DNA from: Patescibacteria group bacterium
GTDB lineage: Bacteria; Patescibacteriota; Minisyncoccia; Phycocordibacterales; Phycocordibacteraceae
Assembly (NCBI GenBank): GCA_018970425.1
Contig: JAGWWK010000002.1
Coordinates: forward strand, 72,068 to 136,067
DNA length: 64,000 nucleotides
Direction: 5' to 3'
The notes below the pieces were generated by a model. The model made no database searches. It saw only the letters and a program-made list of their open reading frames with translations, and was not told the DNA's origin. Both the position numbers and the translations under genes were made by a program. Below are positions 48,874-58,229 of the stretch, one piece after another. Position 1 is the first letter of the stretch; the number at the start of each line of letters is the position of its first letter.

Positions 48874-51800
48874 TGCTGAAATTGTACTGAACCAATAAGC
48901 ATACTTACGATAGCTGCACCGTATCGCAAGATGTCATCTATATAATCCCATGCAAACTGGAACGCGATACTCCAGAGGGCGCGTGCAACGATAGTCATAT
49001 TTTGCACCTCACCCTCATCTAAAAGTGCTGGTGCTTGCTCAATACTCTCCCTCACACCTTTTTCAAATTGCCGTACCTGCTCTACTGTCTGAGCGACGTC
49101 AGGTTGAACGGCGGCAATCGCCGCACCGAGCACTCGACCCTGTGGCGCTGGCAGTGACTCTATTGATGGTACGGACTGCTGTACCTCAGAATCTGCCAGT
49201 ACCTCGGAAGGCTGGGTATTAGGTAGAACAGGATCTGGCAGTTTACGTACAACAGTCACAGACTCTTGGCCCGTAACCTGGCTCGATACAATCACTCCGC
49301 CGCCCAAGGACGCTACCGCAGGACTCACTGGTGACAAGGTCGGCGCGGGCGCAGGGGGTGGCGGAAGTGTGACCGAACTATTCAGGTTCGGTGAGAGTGT
49401 GTGCTCATCGACTCCATCCCCGTCTTGATCTATATGGAGCTTACTCAACCCGCTGTACCCCCCTGCCGTTGCTAGAGCGACGCGTGTCTCAGGCGATACG
49501 GGCAAATCTTCAAACCGGGTAAAGGCCTGCACAGCGTCACCCTCTCGCTCCTCTACAACGAGTGTAAAAGTTCCACTGCCCGTACCAGTGAGATGTGCAG
49601 ATACAGGACTACTGGCATCAACAAACGCATAGGACGAACTTCCGAGCGTGATGAACCGTGAGTTTGGTATGCCTTCCGACAACTCTCCTGTTGTCGTGGA
49701 TACGCCAGTCATACGACCCTCGCTGTCGTAGAGCGCGAGTGTGAGCGGCGAGTGAAGCGATATAAGGAGCCGGCGCTGCCCGGCGGCCGGCTGAGTGTCG
49801 CTGAGGTGTGAATACGCAGACACAGGCGCCCGTGTCTTGGTAATGGTATCTGCGATAAAATTAAGTACTGGATCGGCTTCTAAAAGGCGAGAGTGCTCAA
49901 AATTTCTAAACCCTCCAAGAGTAGCAATCAAGTTCGACCGATTATGCACGTCGAGATCGAACCAAAACCTCTCACCACCTGACATCCATAGCGCACTGGG
50001 TGCGACTACTGTACCGTCACCATTCACACTAAATCGCGCGTTCGGCTCTACGCCACTCGGTCCGGATGAGTATGTTATTCCTTTCAGCGTCTCAACACCC
50101 CACCCGCCTATCTGCACGACCGCAATTTCTGCGGGATGTACCCATCCGTCAATCGATTCATGGAGCGTTCGGGCTGACGCAAGGAGGTTCTGACTGAGCG
50201 CAATCGGCTGATCAATATCGCCCTCTGGTAGTACCTTACCGAACGCACTGGTAAGCACTTCAGCGAGCTGCGACTGAGAAGAAATAGACGCACCAAACTG
50301 ACTGCGCCACGCTGGTACACTCGAGTCGAACGTAACGACCGAGCTGTCTATGGATTGAAAATAGGCCTCCGTGGGCAATAGGTGGTAAAACATCGGCGAT
50401 GTAGACGCAAATGCGCGTGCTACCTGCTTAGAAAGCACAAGTCCATAGAGGAGCTCTTGGCGAAATCCGTGCATGCCAGCAGCAATCGCCATTGGTGTAC
50501 CCACCTGAGGAGCACCAATCAGTATGATGGAGTCAATGTACCGAGCTGCATCGTCACCAAGCGTTTCCGCAAGGCGTTTAGCTATGATCCCGCCATAGGA
50601 GTGCGCAATCACGGTGACCTTCCCCGTACGAGACGTTTCCGCTAAATGGCGGAGCTCCTGCACAATATACGGCGTTGACGTAGGAGCGAGGAGACCTGTG
50701 AAGTAAATACGACCATCGGTTTCATACCCGCGTGTAAGTAACGAGTCGGGTGAGAGTCGCCAGTCGTACGCAATAGGTTCCCAGTCGGCAATTTTTCCAT
50801 CAGCCTTCAGCGCATCCATGCGGGTTATGAATGACTTGTAGATATTGAGTCCGGTAGGTGTTTCATCAAGAATGTCGTGAGTCTTCACATAGATGTCATC
50901 TCGCACACCTTCACCGAAGTCATTCAAAAAGAGGTCGCGCACATCATCGTTGTGCATCGGCTCCCACAAGCGATCCGTACCTCCGGCGTAGTCAGGCCGA
51001 TACAGTCTCGAACCCTCAATGCCCGGCAAAAACAGCACATTAGAGTTGCAATTTTCAACACACACAGTATCCGCTATGCTCGGTCGAAACGCCGAGGATC
51101 GCATGGCTGAGGCAGTGCCATCGATTCGTGCAGTAAATCGAATGTAGACGGACTCAGGAATTGTTCCGGAGCACTGCTCGCAGGCAATTTCGCTATCGCT
51201 TTCATCATTCCACAAAACCCACGTGGTCGGCGATGTCATGCGCAGCGAGAAGTAGCGCACGTACGGCGGCACCGCAAGCGTCAATTCAGTGGTCTGACGC
51301 GCCTCAATGTCACACGTAGTAGGATACGTTTCTAGTATCACAAAAAAAGGCCTGCCATCGTTGTTCGGCGTCCTGAGGCGCATATGGAGGTGCAACAACC
51401 CTCCTACGTACTCAGCACGCTCATGCGAGTCGAATAAATAACCTGATGACAAAGCGGCTACGCAGTCTGGATTACGCAGCACAGTATCAGGAAACTCGGG
51501 GGGCACTGCTCCCTCACGTATTGCCACAGTGCGAGTGTGAGCGTAACTTGCACCACCGTCTATAAAAGGCCGAATGAACGCGCGTGTGTACGCAGGATAC
51601 GGAGGTACCGTAACCTCGCTCACCTTAACGCCCAAAGTGTCATCCCATACTTCAATTTGAGTAGCTGACGCGAATCGAATACTCCACTCAGTTGAACCTG
51701 GCGCAAGTTCGGTCGTAAAACGCTTTGAGCCAATCTCTAGGCACTCATCTGAGATGAAATACACGTCTACTGAAAAAGAACGGCCATCTTGAAGCTCGGG

Positions 51801-52019
51801 CTGCAGAGACAGTCCCATCCTAAGGAGACCCGATTCATAATAAACCTCCTCCCGGTCAGAGAAAAAATACCCGGTCGCTAAAATACTCGACTGCCCGCAT
51901 GGATCAGAAAATAGCGCGAGAACTGAACGCGGTACTCCATAAAAAAAAATGGCGAGCATACAGCTCGCCACCACTACAGTGAGAAACATACCTGCCCAAA
52001 TACGGGCATGCCAGCGCAT
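48870..52019 (-). CDS. large secreted/membrane-anchored alpha/beta-hydrolase (lipase/LCAT/PGAP1-like) protein
   Basis: 1049 aa. N-terminal TM/signal segment. Nucleophile elbow VIAHSYGGIIAKR with upstream LFLPGIEGS (oxyanion region). Long Thr/Ser/Pro-rich region (PPPPAPAPT). C-terminal hydrophobic helix. AT-richer third positions than core genes. Confidence 0.6.
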   Translation of the reverse strand: MRWHARIWAGMFLTVVVASCMLAIFFYGVPRSVLALFSDPCGQSSILATGYFFSDREEVYYESGLLRMGLSLQPELQDGRSFSVDVYFISDECLEIGSKRFTTELAPGSTEWSIRFASATQIEVWDDTLGVKVSEVTVPPYPAYTRAFIRPFIDGGASYAHTRTVAIREGAVPPEFPDTVLRNPDCVAALSSGYLFDSHERAEYVGGLLHLHMRLRTPNNDGRPFFVILETYPTTCDIEARQTTELTLAVPPYVRYFSLRMTSPTTWVLWNDESDSEIACEQCSGTIPESVYIRFTARIDGTASAMRSSAFRPSIADTVCVENCNSNVLFLPGIEGSRLYRPDYAGGTDRLWEPMHNDDVRDLFLNDFGEGVRDDIYVKTHDILDETPTGLNIYKSFITRMDALKADGKIADWEPIAYDWRLSPDSLLTRGYETDGRIYFTGLLAPTSTPYIVQELRHLAETSRTGKVTVIAHSYGGIIAKRLAETLGDDAARYIDSIILIGAPQVGTPMAIAAGMHGFRQELLYGLVLSKQVARAFASTSPMFYHLLPTEAYFQSIDSSVVTFDSSVPAWRSQFGASISSQSQLAEVLTSAFGKVLPEGDIDQPIALSQNLLASARTLHESIDGWVHPAEIAVVQIGGWGVETLKGITYSSGPSGVEPNARFSVNGDGTVVAPSALWMSGGERFWFDLDVHNRSNLIATLGGFRNFEHSRLLEADPVLNFIADTITKTRAPVSAYSHLSDTQPAAGQRRLLISLHSPLTLALYDSEGRMTGVSTTTGELSEGIPNSRFITLGSSSYAFVDASSPVSAHLTGTGSGTFTLVVEEREGDAVQAFTRFEDLPVSPETRVALATAGGYSGLSKLHIDQDGDGVDEHTLSPNLNSSVTLPPPPAPAPTLSPVSPAVASLGGGVIVSSQVTGQESVTVVRKLPDPVLPNTQPSEVLADSEVQQSVPSIESLPAPQGRVLGAAIAAVQPDVAQTVEQVRQFEKGVRESIEQAPALLDEGEVQNMTIVARALWSIAFQFAWDYIDDILRYGAAIVSMLIGSVQFQQ

Positions 52020-52032
52020 GCACTCATACTAG

Positions 52033-52059
52033 CGCGCCGCGCTAGTACAGCGCGGCGCG
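52033..52059. promoter_or_regulatory. GC-rich 10-bp-stem hairpin between rplE and the inserted gene
   Basis: CGCGCCGCGC-TAGTACA-GCGCGGCGCG. Overlaps a 17-bp palindrome CTAGCGCGCCGCGCTAG. Not followed by a U-run on the transcribed strand. Confidence 0.35.
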
Positions 52060-52075
52060 TATGTGCATAAGTAAC

Positions 52076-52621
52076 TTACGCTTCTTGGAGCGGTACGCCA
52101 AGGTGTCGGTAAAACGCTTCAGCTTCTTTCTTCGTACGAGCGGTGGATACAAGCGTTATTGAGAGACCGAACACATCTGAGAGATTCTCATCAGACGCTT
52201 CTGGGAAAATTGTATGCTCTTTAAGTCCGATAGTCATGTTTCCCATCGCGTCAATTACCTTCGGCGATATGCCGCGGAAGTCGCGTGACCGAGGAAGTGC
52301 GATGTGTACGAGCTTATCAAGGAAGTCGAACATGCGCGCTCCTCGGAGCGTCACCTGGTACCCGACTACATCTCCCTGGCGAACTTTGAACGACGCAATA
52401 GACTTTTTAGCACCTCGAGCTGCGGTCTTCTGTCCAGTTATGCGCGCAAGGCGGTCTTGTATGAGCTCAACCTTCTTTTTATCTTTTATTTTTCCGGTGC
52501 CCGTCGAGACAACAACCTTCATGAGTTTCGGCGCCTGCATCGCGTTCGTGTAGCCAAACGCATCTTTTAGCGCTTTGTAGCTTGCAGCGTTCTGGGATCG
52601 AGTTGATATGCCTGTTGCCAT
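52076..52621 (-). CDS. rplE: 50S ribosomal protein L5
   Basis: Typical L5 sequence (181 aa). Confidence 0.9.
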   Translation of the reverse strand: MATGISTRSQNAASYKALKDAFGYTNAMQAPKLMKVVVSTGTGKIKDKKKVELIQDRLARITGQKTAARGAKKSIASFKVRQGDVVGYQVTLRGARMFDFLDKLVHIALPRSRDFRGISPKVIDAMGNMTIGLKEHTIFPEASDENLSDVFGLSITLVSTARTKKEAEAFYRHLGVPLQEA

Positions 52622-52623
52622 AA

Positions 52624-52875
52624 TTATGCGTTACGTTTCTGCTTCTTTGCCTTAGGAGCGTCTGCCTTTCGCACATTCGACGCGTGGATCGGCATTTCCT
52701 TTTTTACAACTGTCCCCTTACCCTTGCCCTTATTCGACCGCGTGTGCACCGAACGTATATGAACTCCTGCGACAACAACCTTGTTCTCCTTAGGAATTGA
52801 TCTGAGGATTGCACCGGTCTTGCCCTTGTCTGTTCCAGTGAGCACTACTACCGTATCTCCTTTTTTTACATGCAT
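52624..52875 (-). CDS. rplX: 50S ribosomal protein L24
   Basis: KOW motif MHVKKGDTVVVLTGTDKGKTG. Confidence 0.9.
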   Translation of the reverse strand: MHVKKGDTVVVLTGTDKGKTGAILRSIPKENKVVVAGVHIRSVHTRSNKGKGKGTVVKKEMPIHASNVRKADAPKAKKQKRNA

Positions 52876-52885
52876 ACGATGGTGG

Positions 52886-53266
52886 TTAGACGATTTCAGG
52901 AGCTAATGAGCCGATCTTTTGGTATCCAAGGTCCACGATCTCGCGCGGGATCGGTCCGAACACACGGTTTGCCTTCGGCTCAAACGGGTCTTTAGGGTTC
53001 TTGGCGAGGACCACGACTGCGTTGTCATCGAAGCGCACATATGATCCGTCTTTACGACGAAACGGTTTTCGCTGTCGAACTACAAGCGCAGTAAGCACTT
53101 CCTTCTTCTTTACCATTTTGCGCGGCTCAGCAATTTGAACTGAGAGGACGACGCGGTCCCCAATACCTGCATAGCGCTTCTTGGAGCCACCAAGCACCTT
53201 GAAAATACGTCCGATCTTTGCGCCGGTGTTGTCTGCAATGATGACGAGTGAGCGATCGTGGAGCAT
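52886..53266 (-). CDS. rplN: 50S ribosomal protein L14
   Basis: ...LVIIADNTGAK..., typical L14. Confidence 0.9.
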   Translation of the reverse strand: MLHDRSLVIIADNTGAKIGRIFKVLGGSKKRYAGIGDRVVLSVQIAEPRKMVKKKEVLTALVVRQRKPFRRKDGSYVRFDDNAVVVLAKNPKDPFEPKANRVFGPIPREIVDLGYQKIGSLAPEIV

Positions 53267-53272
53267 ACGTGC

Positions 53273-53509
53273 TTAATTAACGATGATGAAATGTTTACGC
53301 TTCGAGATAGGGCGAGATGAGCGGATCACTACACGGTCGCCAACCTTTGCGGTATTCCCTGGATCGTGGGCAAGATACTTCTTGCTGCGGAGTACGTACT
53401 TTTTGTACTTTGGGAGCTTGATGAAGCGGTTCACCCGTACCGTTACGGTATCCTTCATCTTGTCGGACACTACAACGCCGGTCAATGTTTTCTGTTGAGG
53501 GTTTGCCAT
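53273..53509 (-). CDS. rpsQ: 30S ribosomal protein S17
   Basis: Typical S17 OB-fold sequence. Confidence 0.9.
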   Translation of the reverse strand: MANPQQKTLTGVVVSDKMKDTVTVRVNRFIKLPKYKKYVLRSKKYLAHDPGNTAKVGDRVVIRSSRPISKRKHFIIVN

Positions 53510-53514
53510 AGCGG

Positions 53515-53697
53515 TTAGTGAGGACGAAGAATAGTGATAATACGCGCGATGTCTTTTTTGATAGCACGAAGCTTCTTTACATTTTTTGATCCGCCTGACG
53601 AAGTACCGAAGCGAATCGCACGAGCCTCTGCCTCATACTCCGTTCGGAGTTTCTGAAGATCTGCCGGCTTCTTTGCGCGTAGTTCTGCTGCTTTCAT
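53515..53697 (-). CDS. rpmC: 50S ribosomal protein L29
   Basis: 60 aa, [17 protein letters not shown]... Confidence 0.85.
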   Translation of the reverse strand: MKAAELRAKKPADLQKLRTEYEAEARAIRFGTSSGGSKNVKKLRAIKKDIARIITILRPH

Positions 53698-53700
53698 ACA

Positions 53701-54120
53701 CTAGTCGCGGACCACAACGGTCGTCTTAATTGGTAACTTATGCCCCGCCTGTATGAGGAACGCGCGCGCTTGAGCGTCTGGCACCCCATCAAGCTCAAAG
53801 AGCATTGCACCCGGTCGTACGCGAGATACGAAGCGGTACGGGTCGCCCTTGCCCTTACCCATCGGGAGCTCGCCTCCCTTTTTTGTTTCAGGGCGATCAG
53901 GGAAAATTCTGATCCATACGCGGCCACTCTTACCAAGTGCTCGCGCTAGCACGCGACGTGACGCTTCAATTTGGTTTGATGAAATAGCTCCCATCTCGGT
54001 GGCACGAAGGCCGTGCGATCCGAACGCAAGCGTTATGCCACGTGTTGCAACGCGCTTTTTGCGAGGGTTCTCGCGTTCAGTCTGCCACTTTCGAAATTTT
54101 ACTTTTTTTGGAAACAACAT
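53701..54120 (-). CDS. rplP: 50S ribosomal protein L16
   Basis: MLFPKKVKFRKWQ..., classic L16. Confidence 0.9.
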   Translation of the reverse strand: MLFPKKVKFRKWQTERENPRKKRVATRGITLAFGSHGLRATEMGAISSNQIEASRRVLARALGKSGRVWIRIFPDRPETKKGGELPMGKGKGDPYRFVSRVRPGAMLFELDGVPDAQARAFLIQAGHKLPIKTTVVVRD

Positions 54121-54126
54121 ATAGAG

Positions 54127-54852
54127 TTACTGTGCGCGTGCAGGGCGGCGTGCAGGGCGACGATCTTCTACTCGTCCACGCGGCTGGCCAGCGCGCTCCG
54201 GAAAGATATCTCCCTTGTAGAGCCACACCTTAACGCCAATCTTTCCAAGCGGCAAGTTTGCCTCATCGTGCGCGTAGTCAATGTCAGAGCGAATAGTCTG
54301 CAGCGGGATGCGCCCTTTCTTCAATGTCTCAGTGCGGCTCATAGAACCTGCGCCGAGCATGCCAGACACCTGGACACGAACACCCTGAACCTCTCGGTTT
54401 GCCATTACCTTCTCAATAGTCTGCTTCAACACGCGACGGAACGGCATGCGCTTCTCAAGACTTTCAACAACCATTGCAGCAACCACTGCAGCGTTTGTCT
54501 CTGGCGAGCGGATCTCAATAATGTCGAGTGCGAGGGTTGGTACCGAGCTAAGGCCCATAGAGCGGAGCGTTGAGAGTATATCCTTCTTGAGCTTCGTCGC
54601 ACTCTCTCCTGATCGGCCAATCACCATGCCCGGGCGCGCGGTATGGATTTGCACGCGAAGCGCCTTTTGTGACCGCTCAATTTCAATGCCTGAGATGTGC
54701 GCAGTTCGGAGGCGCTTCAAAATAAGCGCGCGAATTGCGGCATCAACGCGGAGAAACTCGCGATACTTCTTAGGGTCGCCCGCAAACCAGCGCGATTTCC
54801 AGTCGCGAATGACACCGAGTCTAAGTGCGTATGGATGTACTACTTTTGACAT
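54127..54852 (-). CDS. rpsC: 30S ribosomal protein S3
   Basis: KH domain and S3-C domain. Arg/Pro-rich C-terminal tail. Confidence 0.9.
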   Translation of the reverse strand: MSKVVHPYALRLGVIRDWKSRWFAGDPKKYREFLRVDAAIRALILKRLRTAHISGIEIERSQKALRVQIHTARPGMVIGRSGESATKLKKDILSTLRSMGLSSVPTLALDIIEIRSPETNAAVVAAMVVESLEKRMPFRRVLKQTIEKVMANREVQGVRVQVSGMLGAGSMSRTETLKKGRIPLQTIRSDIDYAHDEANLPLGKIGVKVWLYKGDIFPERAGQPRGRVEDRRPARRPARAQ

Positions 54853-54855
54853 AAA

Positions 54856-55179
54856 TTAGCGTTTACCAAGCTCAACTGCGACATGGCTCATGCGGCGACG
54901 GATAGGTGACGCACGGCCGAATGCGCGAGGCATAAACTTGACCCGAACCAAACCTTTGTTAACGGTAATAGACTTTATGTAGAGACGAGATCCGTCCTCG
55001 CCCTGCTTTTCAGCATTTGCGAGTGCAGAGCGGATGAGTTTCGCAACAGGGTCTGCGGCACGCTTCTCAAGAAATGTGAGTGCGACGAGCGCATCCTTCA
55101 CAGTCTTTCCTTTTACAAGATCCGTGACCAGGCGCGTTTTTCTCGGTGACTGTCCGTAATTTGCGATAGAGGCCTTCAT
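54856..55179 (-). CDS. rplV: 50S ribosomal protein L22
   Basis: Typical L22 sequence. Confidence 0.9.
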   Translation of the reverse strand: MKASIANYGQSPRKTRLVTDLVKGKTVKDALVALTFLEKRAADPVAKLIRSALANAEKQGEDGSRLYIKSITVNKGLVRVKFMPRAFGRASPIRRRMSHVAVELGKR

Positions 55180-55181
55180 AC

Positions 55182-55526
55182 TTACTTCTTCTTATCTGCG
55201 GCCGGAGCCTTTGCTGCCTGCGCTGCTGCTATTTCAGCTTCCTTCTTCTTCTGCTCAAGCTCCTTCTGCATCTTGCCTCCGTGGCGGAGGAACTTCTTTG
55301 TCGGAGCAAACTCGCCGAGACGATGCCCGACCATTTCTTCACTTACGAGCACATCTTCAAACGCCTTCCCAGTGTGCACGGCGAAGGTGAAGCCGACCAT
55401 TTCAGGCGAGATCATCGAGGCGCGCGCCCAGGTCTTTATCGGACCGGTCTTTTGCGGAGTCTTGCCCTCAATTTTCCTGAGGAGCTTATGAAATACGTAG
55501 GGACCCTTTTTGAGTGATCGTGACAT
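55182..55526 (-). CDS. rpsS: 30S ribosomal protein S19 with Lys/Ala-rich C-terminal extension
   Basis: [11 protein letters not shown]... core, followed by ...[35 protein letters not shown] at 55526 chosen. Confidence 0.85.
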   Translation of the reverse strand: MSRSLKKGPYVFHKLLRKIEGKTPQKTGPIKTWARASMISPEMVGFTFAVHTGKAFEDVLVSEEMVGHRLGEFAPTKKFLRHGGKMQKELEQKKKEAEIAAAQAAKAPAADKKK

Positions 55527-55576
55527 AGGCGATACTTCGCTACGGTAGCATGCAGGCGCTGTACCCGCAACCCCTC

Positions 55577-55600
55577 TGTGCAATACCTAGGTATTGCACA
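55577..55600. repeat. 24-bp perfect palindrome TGTGCAATACCTAGGTATTGCACA
   Basis: Read directly. Centred on CTAG, in the divergent region between rpsS and the Y1 transposase-like gene, 21 nt upstream of the latter's ATG. Confidence 0.5.
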
Positions 55601-55620
55601 AAATGTGGTATGGTAGAGGT

Positions 55621-56283
55621 ATGTCCGTTAAACGGTCCGTCGCACTCGGTGAGTACTACCACGTCTACAACCGTGGTGCCCACAAGCAAGGTATCTTTCG
55701 GGAGCAAGCCGACTGGGCCCGATTCCTATTCGGACTCATCTACTTTCAGTCCCCTACCCCGTTCAAAAACATTTCCCGACGCGCGCGGACATTTGATCCG
55801 CAGTCTGGCTACGAGGTGCGCGAGTCAGAGTTTAGACATGTGTATGATGCTCGCTCTGTGGAGCTTGTCGCATTTTGCCTTATGGAAAACCACTTCCACC
55901 TCATCGTTCGTGAAATTCGCGAGGGTGGCGTAAGTCGATACCTACAGCGCGTGCAAGAGTCGTACGCAAAGTATTTCAATGAGAAGTACCAATGCCCTGG
56001 CCATGTCTTTGAGGGGCCGTTTAAGGCAAAGCTTGTGCCCGATAATGAATACCTCATGCACCTTTCAGCCTACATTCACCGCAATCCTCGAGATATACCT
56101 AAGTGGAAGCGTTCCTACGACGCTTACCCGTGGTCGTCGTGCACGGATTATGTACGCGAGAACCGTTGGGGAGGTCTTTTGGCGCAAGAAATAATTCTTG
56201 ACCAGTTTGCCGGTACCAAGGAGTCAAACTATGCTGACTTTGTTAGATCAAGCCCCGCAAAAGGTTTTGACTTTTCTGTATAA
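55621..56283 (+). CDS. IS200/IS605-family Y1 (HUH) transposase-like protein / REP-associated tyrosine transposase-like
   Basis: HuH motif ENHFHLIV, catalytic Tyr region SAYIHRNP, N-terminal YHVYNRG. ~220 aa. Antisense to the surrounding ribosomal operon. Confidence 0.65.
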   Translation: MSVKRSVALGEYYHVYNRGAHKQGIFREQADWARFLFGLIYFQSPTPFKNISRRARTFDPQSGYEVRESEFRHVYDARSVELVAFCLMENHFHLIVREIREGGVSRYLQRVQESYAKYFNEKYQCPGHVFEGPFKAKLVPDNEYLMHLSAYIHRNPRDIPKWKRSYDAYPWSSCTDYVRENRWGGLLAQEIILDQFAGTKESNYADFVRSSPAKGFDFSV

Positions 56284-56310
56284 AAAAACCCCGCCGAAGC
56301 GGGGTGTTGC
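56282..56310. terminator. bidirectional hairpin terminator (CCCCGC-CGAA-GCGGGG)
   Basis: GC hairpin flanked by an A7 run on the + strand (U-run for the minus-strand rplB transcript) and TGTTGCTT on the other side. Confidence 0.6.
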
Positions 56311-57168
56311 TTATGCTGACTTTCGCTTCTTGCCAACCTTGCGGCGAGAAAGAATAAACGGATTTGAATACTTCTTTGGAGAACGAGTCTTCTGACCCTT
56401 GCCTGCAGGCTTGCCCCAGAGAGTCTTTGCGCGGCGGAGACCACGACCCTGACGACCCTCGCCTCCTCCGTGCGGGTGATCAACCGGATTCATAGCTGTA
56501 CCACGAACTGTCGGGCGGATACCCATCGCGCGCGATCGTCCTGCCTTACCAATCGTAACCAAGTGCCACTCGGGGTTTGAGACCTCGCCGACAGATGCCC
56601 ATGCCGAGTCAACTACTTTGCGCACCTCAGAAGATGGGAGCTTGACCTGCGCATACCCAGCGTCATGCGCAATAACTTCAGCGTAGTTACCAGCAGAGCG
56701 TCCGATTTTCGCGCCACCACCCGCGTGAATCTCAATGTTGTATATAAACGTACCGACCGGAATATTTTTGAGCGGCAGTCGGTTGCCTGGCGTCACCGGC
56801 GCAGTCGCCGAGGCAAGAACAGTGTCACCTACCTTCAAGGACTGCGGCGCGAGCATGTAGCGGCGCTCACCATCGCGATACACCACGCGCGCAATGAATC
56901 CTGTGCGGTGCGGGTCGTACTCAATGTGCTCGATGCGAGCCGGTATGTCCTTCTTGTCGAACATAAAGTCGACCATGCGGAACTTGCGCTTGTTACCGCC
57001 ACCCTGGTGACGAGTGGTGATGCGACCGAACGCGTTTCTGCCCGCGCGTTCCTTACCGCCGCGTACGAGACGCTTGTGCGGGGTGTCGGTCGTCAGATAC
57101 TCGCGGTACTTGACCACGGAGTAATTGCGCGTGCCTGCAGTTCGGGGACGATATATTTTAATGCTCAT
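56311..57168 (-). CDS. rplB: 50S ribosomal protein L2
   Basis: 285 aa, classic L2 including GGG..HPHGGGEG. Confidence 0.9.
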   Translation of the reverse strand: MSIKIYRPRTAGTRNYSVVKYREYLTTDTPHKRLVRGGKERAGRNAFGRITTRHQGGGNKRKFRMVDFMFDKKDIPARIEHIEYDPHRTGFIARVVYRDGERRYMLAPQSLKVGDTVLASATAPVTPGNRLPLKNIPVGTFIYNIEIHAGGGAKIGRSAGNYAEVIAHDAGYAQVKLPSSEVRKVVDSAWASVGEVSNPEWHLVTIGKAGRSRAMGIRPTVRGTAMNPVDHPHGGGEGRQGRGLRRAKTLWGKPAGKGQKTRSPKKYSNPFILSRRKVGKKRKSA

Positions 57169-57178
57169 ACTTTTTTAA

Positions 57179-57559
57179 TTATGCTGCGAAGTCGATCGTG
57201 TCGCCTTTCTTAAGGTACACGTACGCCTTGCGGACGCGATTTCTCACTCCGGTACCACGACGAGTGCGGAGCGGCATCGGTTTTCCTGCAATGTTTACGA
57301 CATTCACTTTGACCGGCACCACCTTGTAGAGCGCAGTGACTGCGCGGACAACATCGTGCTTTGACGCATCAAGTGACACATCGAACGTATAGACATTAGA
57401 TGTTGAGAGAACCGCTGCTTTCTCCGTCATGCGAGGACGGCGTATGATGCTCGCATCGATTCCGCTTGAATGCGTAGCTGATTTTTCCGCGCGCGGGGCT
57501 TTTTCGGAAGCAGATTCCTTCTTCGTACGCGTAGATTTCTTTGATCCAAAGAGCGCCAT
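57179..57559 (-). CDS. rplW: 50S ribosomal protein L23 (N-terminally extended)
   Basis: L23 core preceded by a ~35-aa Lys/Ser/Ala-rich extension. Confidence 0.85.
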   Translation of the reverse strand: MALFGSKKSTRTKKESASEKAPRAEKSATHSSGIDASIIRRPRMTEKAAVLSTSNVYTFDVSLDASKHDVVRAVTALYKVVPVKVNVVNIAGKPMPLRTRRGTGVRNRVRKAYVYLKKGDTIDFAA

Positions 57560-57560
57560 A

Positions 57561-58226
57561 TTATTTAGTTACGCGTGCGGTTAAAGTCTTCACGCTCTCT
57601 TCCGGGGAGGCAATCAGCAAGTATCGGTACTTCAGAATCTCGACTGGGTTGATGTTGCGGATCTCTTCAACCATAACCTGCTTCATATTGCGGAAACTCT
57701 TCGCCACAGCATCCGAGCGCTCTGGCACTGCGATGAGTACGGCGTTCTTCCGGCGCGTAGCTACCTCTGAAAAGCCCGGTGCCTTGCCAAGCGCGGTGAG
57801 TAACGATCGCGCATCTTTAGTTTTAGGCGCTTTCATCTGAAGAGTATCAAGAAGCATAAGGCGCGACTCACGGACCTTGTCTGAAAGTGCGGTCTTGAGC
57901 GCAACTGCGCGCATCTTCTTGTTTACCTTTTGCTCAAAAACTCTTTCTTTATTTGGTCCATGCGCAATACCGCCACCGCGCCAGATTGGCGAACGGATCG
58001 AGCCATGGCGTGCGCGTCCAGTACCCTTTTGCGCCCACGGCTTCTTACCACCACCGCGCACCTCCGCGCGGCCTTTGGTGTGGGCTATGGTTGTGCGTGC
58101 ATTAGCCATCATGGCCGTGACTACCTGGTGAAGCACTGCAGAATTGCGCTTTGCTCCGAACACTGTATCAGGCAAGTCGATTGAGCCGACCTCTGCTCCC
58201 TGTGCATTGTAAATTGGTGTCTTCAT
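57561..58226 (-). CDS. rplD: 50S ribosomal protein L4
   Basis: Typical L4 sequence. Confidence 0.9.
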   Translation of the reverse strand: MKTPIYNAQGAEVGSIDLPDTVFGAKRNSAVLHQVVTAMMANARTTIAHTKGRAEVRGGGKKPWAQKGTGRARHGSIRSPIWRGGGIAHGPNKERVFEQKVNKKMRAVALKTALSDKVRESRLMLLDTLQMKAPKTKDARSLLTALGKAPGFSEVATRRKNAVLIAVPERSDAVAKSFRNMKQVMVEEIRNINPVEILKYRYLLIASPEESVKTLTARVTK

Positions 58227-58229
58227 ACC

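Noticed and set aside
52020-52075. Intrinsic terminator between rplE and the inserted lipase-like gene
   Set aside because: There is a strong GC hairpin, but no U-run follows on the transcribed (minus) strand. I report it only as a hairpin or possible attenuator, not a terminator.
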